A DNA stretch of 64,000 nucleotides from Terriglobia bacterium (GTDB lineage: Bacteria > Acidobacteriota > Terriglobia > 20CM-2-55-15), in NCBI GenBank assembly GCA_965198225.1, contig CBDAOY010000008.1, positions 64,001-128,000 on the forward strand, in the 5' to 3' direction. Under the pieces are notes generated by a model. It was not told the origin of the DNA, searched no databases, and saw nothing but the letters and a program-made list of their open reading frames with translations. Numbering within the stretch: the stretch's first letter is position 1; each line of letters opens with the position of its first letter. Shown in pieces: positions 41,347 through 52,179 of the stretch. The position numbers and the translations under genes are program-made.

Positions 41347-42066
41347 ATGAACGCTAACGGCTCAATCGCGATCATACCTGCACGCTACCAGTCGAGCCGT
41401 CTCCCCGGTAAACCTCTCAGAGAAATCAACGGTCGCACCCTGATCGAACACGTCTACCGCAGGGTCGAGCTGGCGCGCGGTCTGGACCGAATTCTCGTCG
41501 CGACCGACGACGATCGGATCCAGGAGGCCGTCAAGAGTTTCGGCGGAGACGCCGTCCTGACACGGACCGATCACGAAAGCGGAACCGACCGGCTGGCCGA
41601 GGCAGCAGCCGACCTGCCGGACGACACGATCGTCGTTAACGTCCAGGGTGACGAGCCGCTGATCGAGCCCGAAGTCATCGAGAAAGCTCTCGATGCCGCG
41701 CGAACTCGGGAGGGAGACGTCGTCACATTGATGACGACGCTCGGCGACCCCTCGGCCATTGCCGATCCCAACCGCGTCAAGGTTGTTGTCGACCGCGCCG
41801 GATACGCGTTGTATTTCTCGCGGTCCCCGATTCCCTCATCGGGGGACTGCTTCCTCCATCTTGGACTCTACGCATACCGGGTTGGTTTTATTAAATTCTT
41901 TACTACGTTGGAACAGACACCGCTCGAACGAGCCGAGCGGCTGGAACAGTTGAGGATGGTTGAGCACGGGTTCAAGATCCGTGTGGTTGAAGTCCAGAGT
42001 CAGTCGTGGGGAATCGACACCCCGGCCGATCTGGAAGAATTTCAGAAGCTGTTGGGGCGTAATTAA
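41347..42066 (+). CDS. kdsB: 3-deoxy-manno-octulosonate cytidylyltransferase
   Basis: [41 protein letters not shown]. Confidence 0.96.
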   Translation: MNANGSIAIIPARYQSSRLPGKPLREINGRTLIEHVYRRVELARGLDRILVATDDDRIQEAVKSFGGDAVLTRTDHESGTDRLAEAAADLPDDTIVVNVQGDEPLIEPEVIEKALDAARTREGDVVTLMTTLGDPSAIADPNRVKVVVDRAGYALYFSRSPIPSSGDCFLHLGLYAYRVGFIKFFTTLEQTPLERAERLEQLRMVEHGFKIRVVEVQSQSWGIDTPADLEEFQKLLGRN

Positions 42067-43697
42067 TGGACAAGAAGTTCATATTCGTAACTGGAGGCGT
42101 CGTTTCGTCCCTTGGCAAAGGGCTGGCGTCGGCCTCGATCGGGTGCCTGCTGGAGAGCCGCGGATTTCGGGTCAGCATTCTCAAATTCGACCCGTACCTC
42201 AACGTCGATCCGGGGACGATGAGTCCCTACCAGCATGGTGAAGTCTACGTGACCGATGACGGGGCCGAGACGGACCTGGATCTGGGTCACTACGAACGGT
42301 ACACGCACGCGGAACTCACGCGCAGGAACAACGTCACGGCCGGACGAATCTACGAGACCATCGTCCAGAAGGAGCGGCGGGGCGATTACCTTGGAAACAC
42401 GGTCCAGGTGATTCCCCACGTCACCAACGAGATCAAGGCGGCCGTGCACCGCGTCGCCGAGAAGACCGACATCACGATCGTGGAAGTCGGCGGCACGGTC
42501 GGCGACATCGAGTCTCTTCCGTTTCTCGAGGCGATCCGGCAGTTTCGGCACGGAATCGGCCGTGGCAACGCAATATTCATTCACCTCACCCTGGTGCCGT
42601 TCATCTCGACAGCCGGCGAACTCAAGACCAAGCCGACACAGCACAGCGTGAAGGAACTGCGCGAGATAGGTATTCAGCCCGACATTCTCCTCTGTCGGAC
42701 GGACCGCTACCTGTCGAACGACTTGAAGGCTAAAGTCGCGTTGTTCTGCAACGTAAACGAAGAGGCCGTCATCACGGCCAAGGACGTCGAGAGTATCTAT
42801 GAGGTGCCGCTCGTCCTGAGCGGGGAGGGGCTGGACGACCAGATCGTGAACCTCCTGGATCTGCCCGAATCCGAGAGAAAGATGGACAGGTGGGAGGGTT
42901 TGATCCAGCGGCTTCATGATCTTGGCGACGAGGTGAAGATCGGTGTCGTCGGGAAGTACGTCGAGCTCGAAGACGCGTACAAGAGCCTGCGCGAGGCGTT
43001 GATTCATGGCGGCATCGCTCACGGGCTTCGGACCCGCATCGAGTGGGTCGAGGCTGAGCGTCTCGAAGGTCGCAACGACGTTCCGGAGTTACACGAGTTT
43101 GACGGCATCCTGGTGCCCGGGGGCTTCGGGAAGCGTGGGATCCTCGGGATGGTTCGTGCGATCCAGTTCGCCAGGGAGTCGCGTGTTCCTTACTTCGGTA
43201 TCTGTCTCGGGATGCAGTGCGCCGTCATCGAGTACGCACGCAATGTTGCGGGATTGGAGAAGGCCGACAGCACCGAGTTCGACATCAACACATCCAACCC
43301 GGTGATCTACAAGTTGAGGGATCTGCTCGGCGTCGATACGATCGGCGGAACCATGAGACTGGGTGCGTATCCGTGCGAGCTGGCGCCGCGATCGTTGGTC
43401 AACAGAATCTACGAGCAGTCGGTCATTTCCGAGCGGCACCGGCACCGGTATGAGTTCAACCGTGGTTTCGAGGACATCCTGAGGGATGCGGGCCTGGTGA
43501 TTTCCGGTGTTTCCCCCGATAAGAATTTCGTCGAAGTCGTTGAACTTCAGGACCATCCATGGTTCCTGGGATGCCAGTTCCATCCGGAGTTCAAGTCCAG
43601 GCCGTTGGAACCTCACCCCCTGTTCGTGTCATTCCTCGGCGCGGCCTACGAACACCAGAAGCTGCGGCAGCAGGCAGACCAGGTTGTCGCCAAATAG
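42066..43697 (+). CDS. pyrG: CTP synthase
   Basis: [45 protein letters not shown]. Confidence 0.99.
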   Translation: MDKKFIFVTGGVVSSLGKGLASASIGCLLESRGFRVSILKFDPYLNVDPGTMSPYQHGEVYVTDDGAETDLDLGHYERYTHAELTRRNNVTAGRIYETIVQKERRGDYLGNTVQVIPHVTNEIKAAVHRVAEKTDITIVEVGGTVGDIESLPFLEAIRQFRHGIGRGNAIFIHLTLVPFISTAGELKTKPTQHSVKELREIGIQPDILLCRTDRYLSNDLKAKVALFCNVNEEAVITAKDVESIYEVPLVLSGEGLDDQIVNLLDLPESERKMDRWEGLIQRLHDLGDEVKIGVVGKYVELEDAYKSLREALIHGGIAHGLRTRIEWVEAERLEGRNDVPELHEFDGILVPGGFGKRGILGMVRAIQFARESRVPYFGICLGMQCAVIEYARNVAGLEKADSTEFDINTSNPVIYKLRDLLGVDTIGGTMRLGAYPCELAPRSLVNRIYEQSVISERHRHRYEFNRGFEDILRDAGLVISGVSPDKNFVEVVELQDHPWFLGCQFHPEFKSRPLEPHPLFVSFLGAAYEHQKLRQQADQVVAK

Positions 43698-43713
43698 ACC
43701 GGCTGCTCGCGCC

Positions 43714-44532
43714 ATGACCGCCAGCTACGGCATTTCCGATTACGACCTTTCGCGCGATTTCTTCCTGATCGGCGGGCCCTGCGTTGTCGAAAGCGCGGAC
43801 CACGCGAAGTTCATGGCCACCGAGATCAGGAAGATCACTTCCGACCTGGGTCTGCCCTTCATATTCAAGGCGTCTTACGACAAGGCGAACCGGACATCGG
43901 TTCGCTCCTACCGCGGTCCGGGCCTGGAGAAAGGTCTGGAGATCCTGTCCGAGGTCCGGGAAGAGGTCGGTGTTCCCGTTCTTTCGGACATTCATGAGCC
44001 ATCCCACGCTGCAGCGGCTGGGGAAGTACTCGACATCCTCCAGATTCCGGCGTTTCTGTGTCGGCAGACCGATCTGATCGTGGCGGCGGCCGAGACGGGC
44101 AGGATCGTCAACATCAAGAAAGGGCAGTTCGTCGGGCCGCACGACATGGAGCATGCGGTAGAGAAAGCCCGGCAGGCGGGCAACGAGCGGGTCATCTTGA
44201 CCGAGCGTGGAAGTTCCTTCGGCTACAACAACCTCGTGGTGGACTTCCGGTCGTTTTCGATCATGCAGAGTATGGGCTGTCCCGTGGTTTTCGACATCAC
44301 GCACAGCCTGCAACTCCCAGGAGGGCAGGGAAGCGCTTCGGGGGGACAACCGGAGTTTATCCCGAACCTGGCCCGGGCCGGCGTCGCGGCAGGAGTCGAC
44401 GGCGTGTTCATGGAGATCCACGACGATCCCTCGAAAGCCCTGTCCGATGGTCCGAATGCCTTGAACCTCTCCCTGTTGCCGGATCTGCTGGAAGAGCTGC
44501 TTTCCATTCGCCGATGTCTCAAGAAGAACTGA
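43714..44532 (+). CDS. kdsA: KDO 8-phosphate synthase
   Basis: GPCVVE, KASYDKANRTS, QIPAFLCRQTD, KKGQF, ERGSSFGY, ALSDGPN. Confidence 0.97.
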   Translation: MTASYGISDYDLSRDFFLIGGPCVVESADHAKFMATEIRKITSDLGLPFIFKASYDKANRTSVRSYRGPGLEKGLEILSEVREEVGVPVLSDIHEPSHAAAAGEVLDILQIPAFLCRQTDLIVAAAETGRIVNIKKGQFVGPHDMEHAVEKARQAGNERVILTERGSSFGYNNLVVDFRSFSIMQSMGCPVVFDITHSLQLPGGQGSASGGQPEFIPNLARAGVAAGVDGVFMEIHDDPSKALSDGPNALNLSLLPDLLEELLSIRRCLKKN

Positions 44533-45053
44533 CGGACCTGGTCCGCGACATCGAGCTCATCCTGATGGATGTCGATGGCGTCCTGACCGACGGCAAGCTC
44601 TCGTTCGTGCCGAACGGGGAGGAACTCGTCGAGGTGAAGTCCTTCAGCGTCCTGGACGGGGCCGGAATAGCTCTGGCCCACCGCGCAGGGTTGAAGACGG
44701 GCTGGGTGTCGGCAAGAGGCTCGCCGGTCGTCAAGAAGCGGGCGGCGGAGCTATCGGTCGAGTTCGTTTATCTAGAAGTGCGCGACAAGCGTTCGGCACT
44801 CGACGAGATTCTTGCCGACAGCGGCATCGCGTCCGAACGTGTCTGCTTCATCGGAGACGAAGTCGTCGACCTCCCGGCGATGACGCGCGTCCGGTTCCCC
44901 GTCGCGGTGGCGAACGCGGCTTCCGAGGTCAAGGCGCGTGCGGCCTACCTGACCCGCGCGTCGGGCGGGAACGGTGCCGTCCGGGAGACGATCGAGTTGA
45001 TCCTGAAGGCACAGGGAAAGTGGGACGCCGCGATCGCCGAGTTTCTCGCCTGA
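44514..45053 (+). CDS. kdsC: KDO 8-phosphate phosphatase (HAD)
   Basis: MDVDGVLTDG, F.VLDG.GI, IGDEVVD, GG.GAVRE. Confidence 0.93.
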   Translation: MSQEELTDLVRDIELILMDVDGVLTDGKLSFVPNGEELVEVKSFSVLDGAGIALAHRAGLKTGWVSARGSPVVKKRAAELSVEFVYLEVRDKRSALDEILADSGIASERVCFIGDEVVDLPAMTRVRFPVAVANAASEVKARAAYLTRASGGNGAVRETIELILKAQGKWDAAIAEFLA

Positions 45054-45090
45054 GCGTCGTACGAACGGTTCTGCTTACGCAACCGCTCAA

Positions 45091-45827
45091 GCAAAACTCC
45101 GGGATCGAGTGTAGGTGCGCTCTATGAGCGCACAGAGTTTCAGTTCGAAGAATGTGCGGTCATAGACCGCCCCTACACCGGCGTGTGGAGTTGGGCTCCT
45201 CCAAAACCCACTCCCCTCACGCAAAACTCCGGGATCGAGTGTAGGTGCGCTCTATGAGCGCACAGAGTTTCGGTTCGAAGAATGTGCGGTCATAGACCGC
45301 CCCTACACCGGCGTGTGGAGTTGGGCTCCTCCAAGACCCACTCCCCTCACGCAAAACTCCGGGATCGAGTGTAGGTGCGCTCTATGAGCGCACAGAGTTT
45401 CGGTTCGAAGAATGTGCGGTCATAGACCGCCCCTACACCGGCGTGTGGAGTTGGGCTCCTCCAAGATCCACTCCCCTCAAGCGAACTCCCGGATCGAGTG
45501 TAGGTGCGCTCTATGAGCGCACAGAGTTTCAGTTCGAAGAATGTGCGGTCATAGACCGCCCCTACACCGCCGTGTGGAGTTGGGCTCGTCCAAAATCCAC
45601 TCCCCTCACGCAAAACTCCGGGATCGAGTGTAGGTGCGCTCTATGAGCGCACAGAGTTTCGGTTCGAAGAATGTGCGGTCATAGACCGCCCCTACACCGC
45701 CGTGTGGAGTTGGGCTCCTCCAAAACCCACTCCCCTCAAGCGAACTCCAGGATCGAGTGTAGGTGGGCTCTATGAGCGCACAGAGTTTGGGTTCGAAGAA
45801 TGTGCGGTCATAGACCGCCCCTACACC
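45091..45827. repeat. Tandem array of six ~130 bp units, each a REP doublet plus linker hairpin (BIME-like)
   Basis: Units start at 45091, 45221, 45351, 45481, 45610 and 45740; each has GTAGGTGCGCTCTATGAGCGCAC and inverted GTGCGGTCATAGACCGCCCCTAC; linkers near-identical. Confidence 0.93.
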
Positions 45828-45967
45828 ACGTTCTTCAATTGTTTCCCCCCATTCCGACGCGTAACATAACTCCAGACTCCTTAACGATTACTCGGGTGCT
45901 GGGGCGGCGACTGTTTTGCCCTGGCAGGGCCAAAGAGACTCCAATAAAGTGAGTTCTCATTGACAGT

Positions 45968-47797
45968 ATGCTGCGCGCGCCACTGATTCTTGTTCTTCTG
46001 GCTGCCCTTGCGGGCGGGGACGATCCTTACTGTCCCGCCTATCCCAAACCGGTGCGTCAAGCCCACCTGGCCCGGCTTGAAATGGAGCGTTCGGCCCAGG
46101 CTCTGTCGACCAACCTCGTCGAGCCGGTCGTGAACTGGTCCGGCCCCAGGAACATACCGACCCTGGCCGGAAACAACTTCATCGACGACTACATCTTCGC
46201 CAAGATGGAGAGCGGAGGAGTCGAACCTGCCCCGCTGACGACCGATACCGACATCCTCCGGCGCATGTCTCTCGACCTGACGGGCCGGATTCCCGCGATC
46301 GAACAGGTGCAAAGCTTCGTCGCCGACCCGGACCCGGCCAAGCGCGCCAAGTTGATCGAACAGCTGATCAACTCCCCGGCTTTCGTCGACTACTGGACAG
46401 CGTTCTTTGCGAATCATTTCGAGGTCACGAGCGAGTACTACTATTTCATCGGTATTCCGGGTCGCAACCTCTTCTACAACTACCTGCGTGATTTCGTCGC
46501 CAGCGATCGCTCTTACAGGGATGTCGTCAACGAGTTGATTTCATCCAGCGGGGACTCGCTGGAGCGGGGAGAGCTGAACTTCCTGGTGCGAGGTGTCCAG
46601 CAGGGGGATCCCATCCAGGACACCTGGGATGTCGTGACCGATCGGATCACGACGAAGTTCCTCGGCGTCCAGACGGAGTGCGTGTCCTGTCACCACGGAT
46701 CGAATCACCTGGAAGAGATCAATCTCTACCTGGCGGAGCGGACCCGGGAGGAATTCTGGGGCCTCTCCGCATTCCTGTCGCGGACCAATTTCATTCAACT
46801 GGCCGCCGACGCGTTCGATGAGCAGTCGCACTTTCTGATCAACGACCGTTCAAGGGGCGCCTACACCGGTTCGGTTGACCCAAACAATCCGGGTCCTCGC
46901 CCTTTCCGAACCAGTACCGCCGTGACGCCGGCCTACATGTTCGGCGGTGAGGCGCTCGGGTCGGGAGCCTGGAGGTCGGAGCTGGCCCGCATGGTTGTTT
47001 CGGATCGGCAATTCGCCCGTGCGACGGTGAATTACCTGTGGGCCCATTTCTTCGGGTCCGGGATCGTGGACCCCGTCGACGGTTGGGATCTGTCGCGCAT
47101 CGATCCGGCCAACCCGCCGCCGGCACCCTGGGCGTTGCAGCCGACGCACCCGAGGCTGATCGAAGCCCTGGCTGACGAGTTCATCCGCAGTGACTACAGC
47201 ATCCGGAGCGTGGTTCGACTGATCGTCCAGTCGCGGACGTACCAGCTGTCGAGCAGCTACCCCGGCGACTGGCGGCCGGAATACGAACTCTATTTCGGCA
47301 AGCACCAACCCCGCCGCCTGAAGCCCGAGGAAATCTACGACGCCCTCACTACGGCGACGATGACCGAGACCCCGATGTACGTCGAAGGATTCGATAACCC
47401 GCTGTATTACGCGATGCAGTTGCCCGACCCCAGCGAGCCTCGGAGTAACTACCAGATCATGGACTTCCTGGACAAGCTAGGCCGGGGGGATTGGTGGCAG
47501 AGGCCCCCGAGCCAAGATTCCACCGTCCTTCAGGCATTGCTGCTGATGAACGACTACACCCTCAACTCCCGGGCGTTCGCCAACCGCGGCGTTTTGACGA
47601 ATGTCACCCGTGTGGCGCAGGCCGGCCTGGGCGATCGGGAGGCGATCGATCGACTGTTTCTGTCCACGCTGGGCCGATGGTCCACGGACGAGGAATTCGA
47701 GATTCTGCTCAGTACAAAGACTGCCAACTATGAGCGATGGCTCGCGGACTGCCAGTGGGCCCTGCTGAACAAGCTCTATTTTATTTTCAACTACTGA
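45968..47797 (+). CDS. DUF1549/DUF1553 (PSD1-like) exported protein
   Basis: NFIDDYI, LRRMSLDLTGRIP, FLGVQTECVSCH, FARATVNYLWAHFFGSGIVDPVD, PTHP.L..LA.EF, SRTYQLSS. Confidence 0.9.
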   Translation: MLRAPLILVLLAALAGGDDPYCPAYPKPVRQAHLARLEMERSAQALSTNLVEPVVNWSGPRNIPTLAGNNFIDDYIFAKMESGGVEPAPLTTDTDILRRMSLDLTGRIPAIEQVQSFVADPDPAKRAKLIEQLINSPAFVDYWTAFFANHFEVTSEYYYFIGIPGRNLFYNYLRDFVASDRSYRDVVNELISSSGDSLERGELNFLVRGVQQGDPIQDTWDVVTDRITTKFLGVQTECVSCHHGSNHLEEINLYLAERTREEFWGLSAFLSRTNFIQLAADAFDEQSHFLINDRSRGAYTGSVDPNNPGPRPFRTSTAVTPAYMFGGEALGSGAWRSELARMVVSDRQFARATVNYLWAHFFGSGIVDPVDGWDLSRIDPANPPPAPWALQPTHPRLIEALADEFIRSDYSIRSVVRLIVQSRTYQLSSSYPGDWRPEYELYFGKHQPRRLKPEEIYDALTTATMTETPMYVEGFDNPLYYAMQLPDPSEPRSNYQIMDFLDKLGRGDWWQRPPSQDSTVLQALLLMNDYTLNSRAFANRGVLTNVTRVAQAGLGDREAIDRLFLSTLGRWSTDEEFEILLSTKTANYERWLADCQWALLNKLYFIFNY

Positions 47798-47838
47798 TCG
47801 GAGATCAGTGGTTGAAGTAGTCGGTAGTCAGTAAAGAG

Positions 47839-49179
47839 ATGAAAGACTGTACCAGCTGCAACAAGATGACGCGTCGTGAGTGGATGAAGCAGGCCGCTTC
47901 GTGGGCGGCTTTCACGGCGCTGGCCCGGCGGGGCGATGCCCAGGTTGTCACCGGCAATGCCCAGGTCCGCGGGACGGCTCGCTCCTGCATTCTCGTCTAC
48001 CTGAACGGTGCCCCGTCCCAGCTGGACACGTTCGACGTCAAAGACAACTCCTGGAATCCCGCCGACATCGACATCCAGCAGCACGGCGATATCGCGCTGT
48101 CGAACACCCTGTTCCCCAAGTTCTCCTCGCTCACCGATGATCTGTGCATCCTGCGCTCGGTCCGAAGCTGGGAAGCCATTCATGAGCGCGGTGTCTTCTA
48201 CATGCAGACCGCCCATCCGGCGAACCCAGCGTTCCTGGTCGAAACGCCCCACATGGGAGCGATCATCGCGACGGAGTTGGGCGGTGCCGGCCCGATGCCG
48301 CCGTTTCTCTCGCTGAATCAGCAAGGGACCGTCCAGGGTTCGACGTTTCTCGGCGGGTCCGTGGCGCCCCTGGCCGCCCCCACCGAAGGGGACGGGCTTT
48401 CGGTAATCCGGCACGACTATTTCGGCGAGGACAGCGAGGCCCGCTTTGCCGAGCGCTCCAGCCTGCTGGACCGGCTTGACGCGCGACTTCGCAATGCCCC
48501 GTTTTCGCAAGCGATGGCCGATCACGCGGCGCACTACGAATCGGCGAAGAGGATGATGTTCGACGAGTCGATCGCCTCGGTGTTCCGGCTTTCCGAGGAG
48601 GAGAACGCGCGCTACGGCGACACGTCGCTCGGGAGAGCTGCCCGAGTCGCGCGAAACGCCATTCGCGCGAAGAACGGAACGGTGTTCGCCGCCCTGACAC
48701 ACTCGGGTTGGGACACGCACCAGAGGATGTTCGACCGCAACAACGACCCGAACATGTACACCCTGTGCAACGAACTGGACAGCGCTATCGGCTCGCTTGT
48801 GGAGGACCTCAAGGCGTCTGGCGATTTCGATCAGACCCTTATCGTCATGCTCGGGGAATTCGGTCGCACACCGGGAGCGCTGAACCTTCAGGGCGGTCGC
48901 GACCATCACAGGGACGCGATGAGCGTTGTCATGATGGGCGGAGGCATCGCCGGGGGGCGCGTCATCGGTGCGACCGATCCCAATGGAGCCGCCATGACGG
49001 AGCCGGGCTGGAGCAGAGGGCGTGCCATCGTGATGGAGGATCTCGCTGCAACGATCTATTCAGCGCTCGGTATCGACTGGACCAAGAGCCTCCTGGACAC
49101 GCCCTCGGGCCGGAAGTTCGAATACGTGCCCAGTGGTCTGAGCGGCGTCTACACGTCGGTCGAGGAAGTATTCAGATGA
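47839..49179 (+). CDS. DUF1501-family protein with Tat signal
   Basis: TRREWMK Tat-like motif, GAPSQLDTFD.K, GWDTH, GEFGRTP, GRDH, GGG..GGRVIGATD. Confidence 0.92.
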   Translation: MKDCTSCNKMTRREWMKQAASWAAFTALARRGDAQVVTGNAQVRGTARSCILVYLNGAPSQLDTFDVKDNSWNPADIDIQQHGDIALSNTLFPKFSSLTDDLCILRSVRSWEAIHERGVFYMQTAHPANPAFLVETPHMGAIIATELGGAGPMPPFLSLNQQGTVQGSTFLGGSVAPLAAPTEGDGLSVIRHDYFGEDSEARFAERSSLLDRLDARLRNAPFSQAMADHAAHYESAKRMMFDESIASVFRLSEEENARYGDTSLGRAARVARNAIRAKNGTVFAALTHSGWDTHQRMFDRNNDPNMYTLCNELDSAIGSLVEDLKASGDFDQTLIVMLGEFGRTPGALNLQGGRDHHRDAMSVVMMGGGIAGGRVIGATDPNGAAMTEPGWSRGRAIVMEDLAATIYSALGIDWTKSLLDTPSGRKFEYVPSGLSGVYTSVEEVFR

Positions 49180-51974
49180 GAAGCGTTCGCCATCTGATCC
49201 TGCTCGGCCTGATCCTGGTATCGCACCAGAACGCGCACGCGCAGTTCGAAGCGCGCAGTATCGTCGTCAGTGCGCCGAAGACGACCATAGTTGCCGGCGA
49301 GCGGGTTTCCCTGTTTGCCGTGGCGCGGGACGAGAACGGCGCCACGCGCTCCGATGGTTTCCGGTGGGAGTCGGACGATGAAGGAATCCTTACGGTCGAT
49401 CAGCAGGGCATGGTGACCGCTCGGCGAGTCGGCACAACGAACGTCAACGTCAACATCGATGGTGCGTGGACTTTCCTGTCCTTGGTCGTGGTACCGCTGC
49501 GGGTCGACGTAGGGACGAACGCTTCTGAGGTGTTCGTCGGAGACGCCGTTCAGTTCACTGCAACAGCCCGCGACATCAACGGTGCACCGATACCGGACAC
49601 CGAGTTCTACTGGGCTGTGTCGGGTCCGAACGGCTACTACACGCAAACGGCGTCGATCAGCCAGTCGGGGCTGATGCAGGCTCGGGAGGCCGGACAGGTC
49701 ACAGTCAAAGCGACGCTCGAATTCTTTGGGCAGCCGGGCCAGCCGGAGAGGTTTATCGCTTTCACCGATGTCGTCATCACGCGCAGAGCCGAGTTCCGAC
49801 TCTCACGAGTGCTGGCAACCAATCCCGTCGAAGGTCCGTTTGCGATCCGGCAGATCGACTGGTTCGGTCTGGCCGGTAACGATGCCGGACAATTCGGTTT
49901 CGTTTCGTTGCTCGGGGGGGTGACCAGCGGAATCGTTCTCTACAACAACCCCACGCTGGACCTGCTTGCGTCAGCGGGAACTCCAGGAGCCTTTCCACGA
50001 AGTGTCCTGTGGTCGTTCGGGGGAGTGGCCCTGAACAACGAGGGACAGGTCCTGTCGACTGCCGGCACCCGGGGTGCCCCGGGAAGCCTCGTTTTGTCAT
50101 CGGTGAGAGGCACATCTGTCGTCCTGGTAGAGAACCAGACGCAGGGCAGCTTTCAACAGATTCGGAATTTCCAAATCACCCGGTACTCGTTGAACGACAG
50201 CGGCGACATCGTGTTTCGCGGCCAGTACGACCTGTCGGGCGGCCCGGAGGAAAACGGAATATTCAAACTGTCAGGCGGGAACCTCCGTGCGGTCTGGGGG
50301 ACCACGCTGCCTCTTGCGGACTTTCCGGATGGATTCCAGTTTTTCCAGGAGTTTGGCATCGATGGAAACGGAGTGACTTTTTTCACCGTTCAGGATGGAG
50401 CAGCGCGGGCGATCTTTCGCGCGGACGGACTGTCTGCGCCGCAGAAGCTCGTCTCGACCGGCGATTCCCTAGGCGGATCGACGATTGAGTACCTTGCGAA
50501 CATGGCCATCTCGCCGAACGGAACGATCGCCTTCGATGCGGTCCTGACGAACGGCAGGCAGGGCCCGGCCAGGTATGACAGCGCCGGCAACATCGTCATG
50601 ATGGAGGTCGACAACTTCTACCGGACTCATTCGGTCAACGATCGGGGAGAGGTCGCCTTCACCGGCGATGCGGGAGATAACTTCGGCTTCTATCGCTGGG
50701 ACGGGAACAAGGCGACTGCCCTCCTCGTCTGGGGAGATCCGGTCGGCGGTGGAGGCGCCGGACCGTTCAACGACGCCTATATCACTTCTTCCGGCACGGT
50801 TTACGGCCTCATCGGAACGACTGAAGACAACAATGTAGTTGTCGAAGCCGAGTCCAGGCGCGTCCTCTTCAAGGACGGTGATCTTGTGAACGCCAGCGCT
50901 ACCCTGAGCTTCCTGGGTTTTGTTCCCGGAGCCCAGTCCGGTTTCCCATACGTCTACACCGGAGGACAGATACCGAGTATCTTCGAGGTTGCTCCGGCAG
51001 GTCTGGTACCGGTCTGGATGGAAGGGGAACGGCCGGGGGGAGAGACTTCGGACCGCAGCCTGAACACCGCTGCCCGGAACCCGAGGGGTGACCTCTATCT
51101 GGCTCCTGGAGACGGCGTGTTCCGACATACCGGTTCTCTGGAAACGCTTGTCGATTACTCCGAAAGCATTTCAATCAACCCGTTTCAGTCCATCACCCTG
51201 GACTGGACCAATGGTTGGTACGAGGGGGCGAATGAACTCGCGGCCAACGACGCCGGAACGCTCGTCTGGCGAGCCCAGTCCGACTCCTTCAGCCGGCTGC
51301 TTTCATTCGAGAACGGACGCGTGACGGTGTTGGCCAACTTCGGCGGAGACGATCAGACTCCAGCCCCTGGCGGTGGCGTCTTCGAAGACTTGTTCGGAAC
51401 CGGCCGCACTGCCAGTTCGATCGCGATGGACGACCTCGGTCGCGTGATGGTGAGTGCGCAGGTTCGAGACGGCCCCGACGGCGTCTATCTCCATGAGAAC
51501 GGCCAGTGGCAGACGGCGGCCTTGTTCGACCAGACGGTGATCGGGGGTACCGCTGTCAACCGCGTCAACATGTTCCGTGCTGCCGGGGAAAGATTCTTCG
51601 CGGTGTTCAACCGACCATCAAGCGGGCCGGTTCTGGCGGAGTACGTCAAACAGCAGTGGGTGCCGGTAATCCAGACACGCGATACGATGCCCAACGGTGC
51701 CGACATCTATTGGGTGAACGACACGTTCGACGTAAACCGGCGTGGAGACATCGCTCTCTCCCTCAGCGTAACCGGGGGAAGCGCGTTGTTCCTGCGCACC
51801 TCCGATGGAACGATGCACACCGTCTACCGGACCAGTGAGGAGACTGATCAGGGCGATCGGTTCTGGCAATGGCAGGACTTCGATCTCGACCTCCGCGACG
51901 ACGGAAGCCTCTATTTCATCGGAATCGATCTGCTCGACCGCCACGTCATATACCTGGCCGAACCGCTTTTCTGA
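49176..51974 (+). CDS. Large secreted protein: two Ig-like (Big_2-type) domains followed by repeated beta-propeller-like blades
   Basis: Signal peptide; W.S.D..I.TVD..G.VTA Ig repeats; recurring (L/V)ND.G.(I/V)(A/V)F blades; ATGA overlap with the DUF1501 gene. Confidence 0.78.
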   Translation: MRSVRHLILLGLILVSHQNAHAQFEARSIVVSAPKTTIVAGERVSLFAVARDENGATRSDGFRWESDDEGILTVDQQGMVTARRVGTTNVNVNIDGAWTFLSLVVVPLRVDVGTNASEVFVGDAVQFTATARDINGAPIPDTEFYWAVSGPNGYYTQTASISQSGLMQAREAGQVTVKATLEFFGQPGQPERFIAFTDVVITRRAEFRLSRVLATNPVEGPFAIRQIDWFGLAGNDAGQFGFVSLLGGVTSGIVLYNNPTLDLLASAGTPGAFPRSVLWSFGGVALNNEGQVLSTAGTRGAPGSLVLSSVRGTSVVLVENQTQGSFQQIRNFQITRYSLNDSGDIVFRGQYDLSGGPEENGIFKLSGGNLRAVWGTTLPLADFPDGFQFFQEFGIDGNGVTFFTVQDGAARAIFRADGLSAPQKLVSTGDSLGGSTIEYLANMAISPNGTIAFDAVLTNGRQGPARYDSAGNIVMMEVDNFYRTHSVNDRGEVAFTGDAGDNFGFYRWDGNKATALLVWGDPVGGGGAGPFNDAYITSSGTVYGLIGTTEDNNVVVEAESRRVLFKDGDLVNASATLSFLGFVPGAQSGFPYVYTGGQIPSIFEVAPAGLVPVWMEGERPGGETSDRSLNTAARNPRGDLYLAPGDGVFRHTGSLETLVDYSESISINPFQSITLDWTNGWYEGANELAANDAGTLVWRAQSDSFSRLLSFENGRVTVLANFGGDDQTPAPGGGVFEDLFGTGRTASSIAMDDLGRVMVSAQVRDGPDGVYLHENGQWQTAALFDQTVIGGTAVNRVNMFRAAGERFFAVFNRPSSGPVLAEYVKQQWVPVIQTRDTMPNGADIYWVNDTFDVNRRGDIALSLSVTGGSALFLRTSDGTMHTVYRTSEETDQGDRFWQWQDFDLDLRDDGSLYFIGIDLLDRHVIYLAEPLF

Positions 51975-51977
51975 GCC

Positions 51978-52177
51978 GTGTACGTGCGGTCTAAGACCGC
52001 ACGTTTCCTCTGGCCGCGACGATGTGCGCTCATAGAGCGCCCCTACACCCGGGCGAGAGACAAGTGTACGCGCGGTCTACGACCGCACGTTTCTACTGGC
52101 CGCGACGATGTGAGCTCATAGAGCGCCCCTACACCCTGGCGATAGATGAAGTGTAGGAATGGTCTATGACCGCACAT
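51978..52177. repeat. Degenerate GTAG REP cluster (two doublets plus a single)
   Basis: Variants of GTGCGGTCTATGACCGCAC and GTGCGCTCATAGAGCGCCCCTACAC between convergent genes. Confidence 0.85.
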
Positions 52178-52179
52178 CC

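Noticed and set aside
45091-45827. Possible CRISPR array
   Set aside because: The inter-repeat segments are near-identical, not unique spacers; the period is 130 bp; no cas genes are present. It is a tandem REP array.
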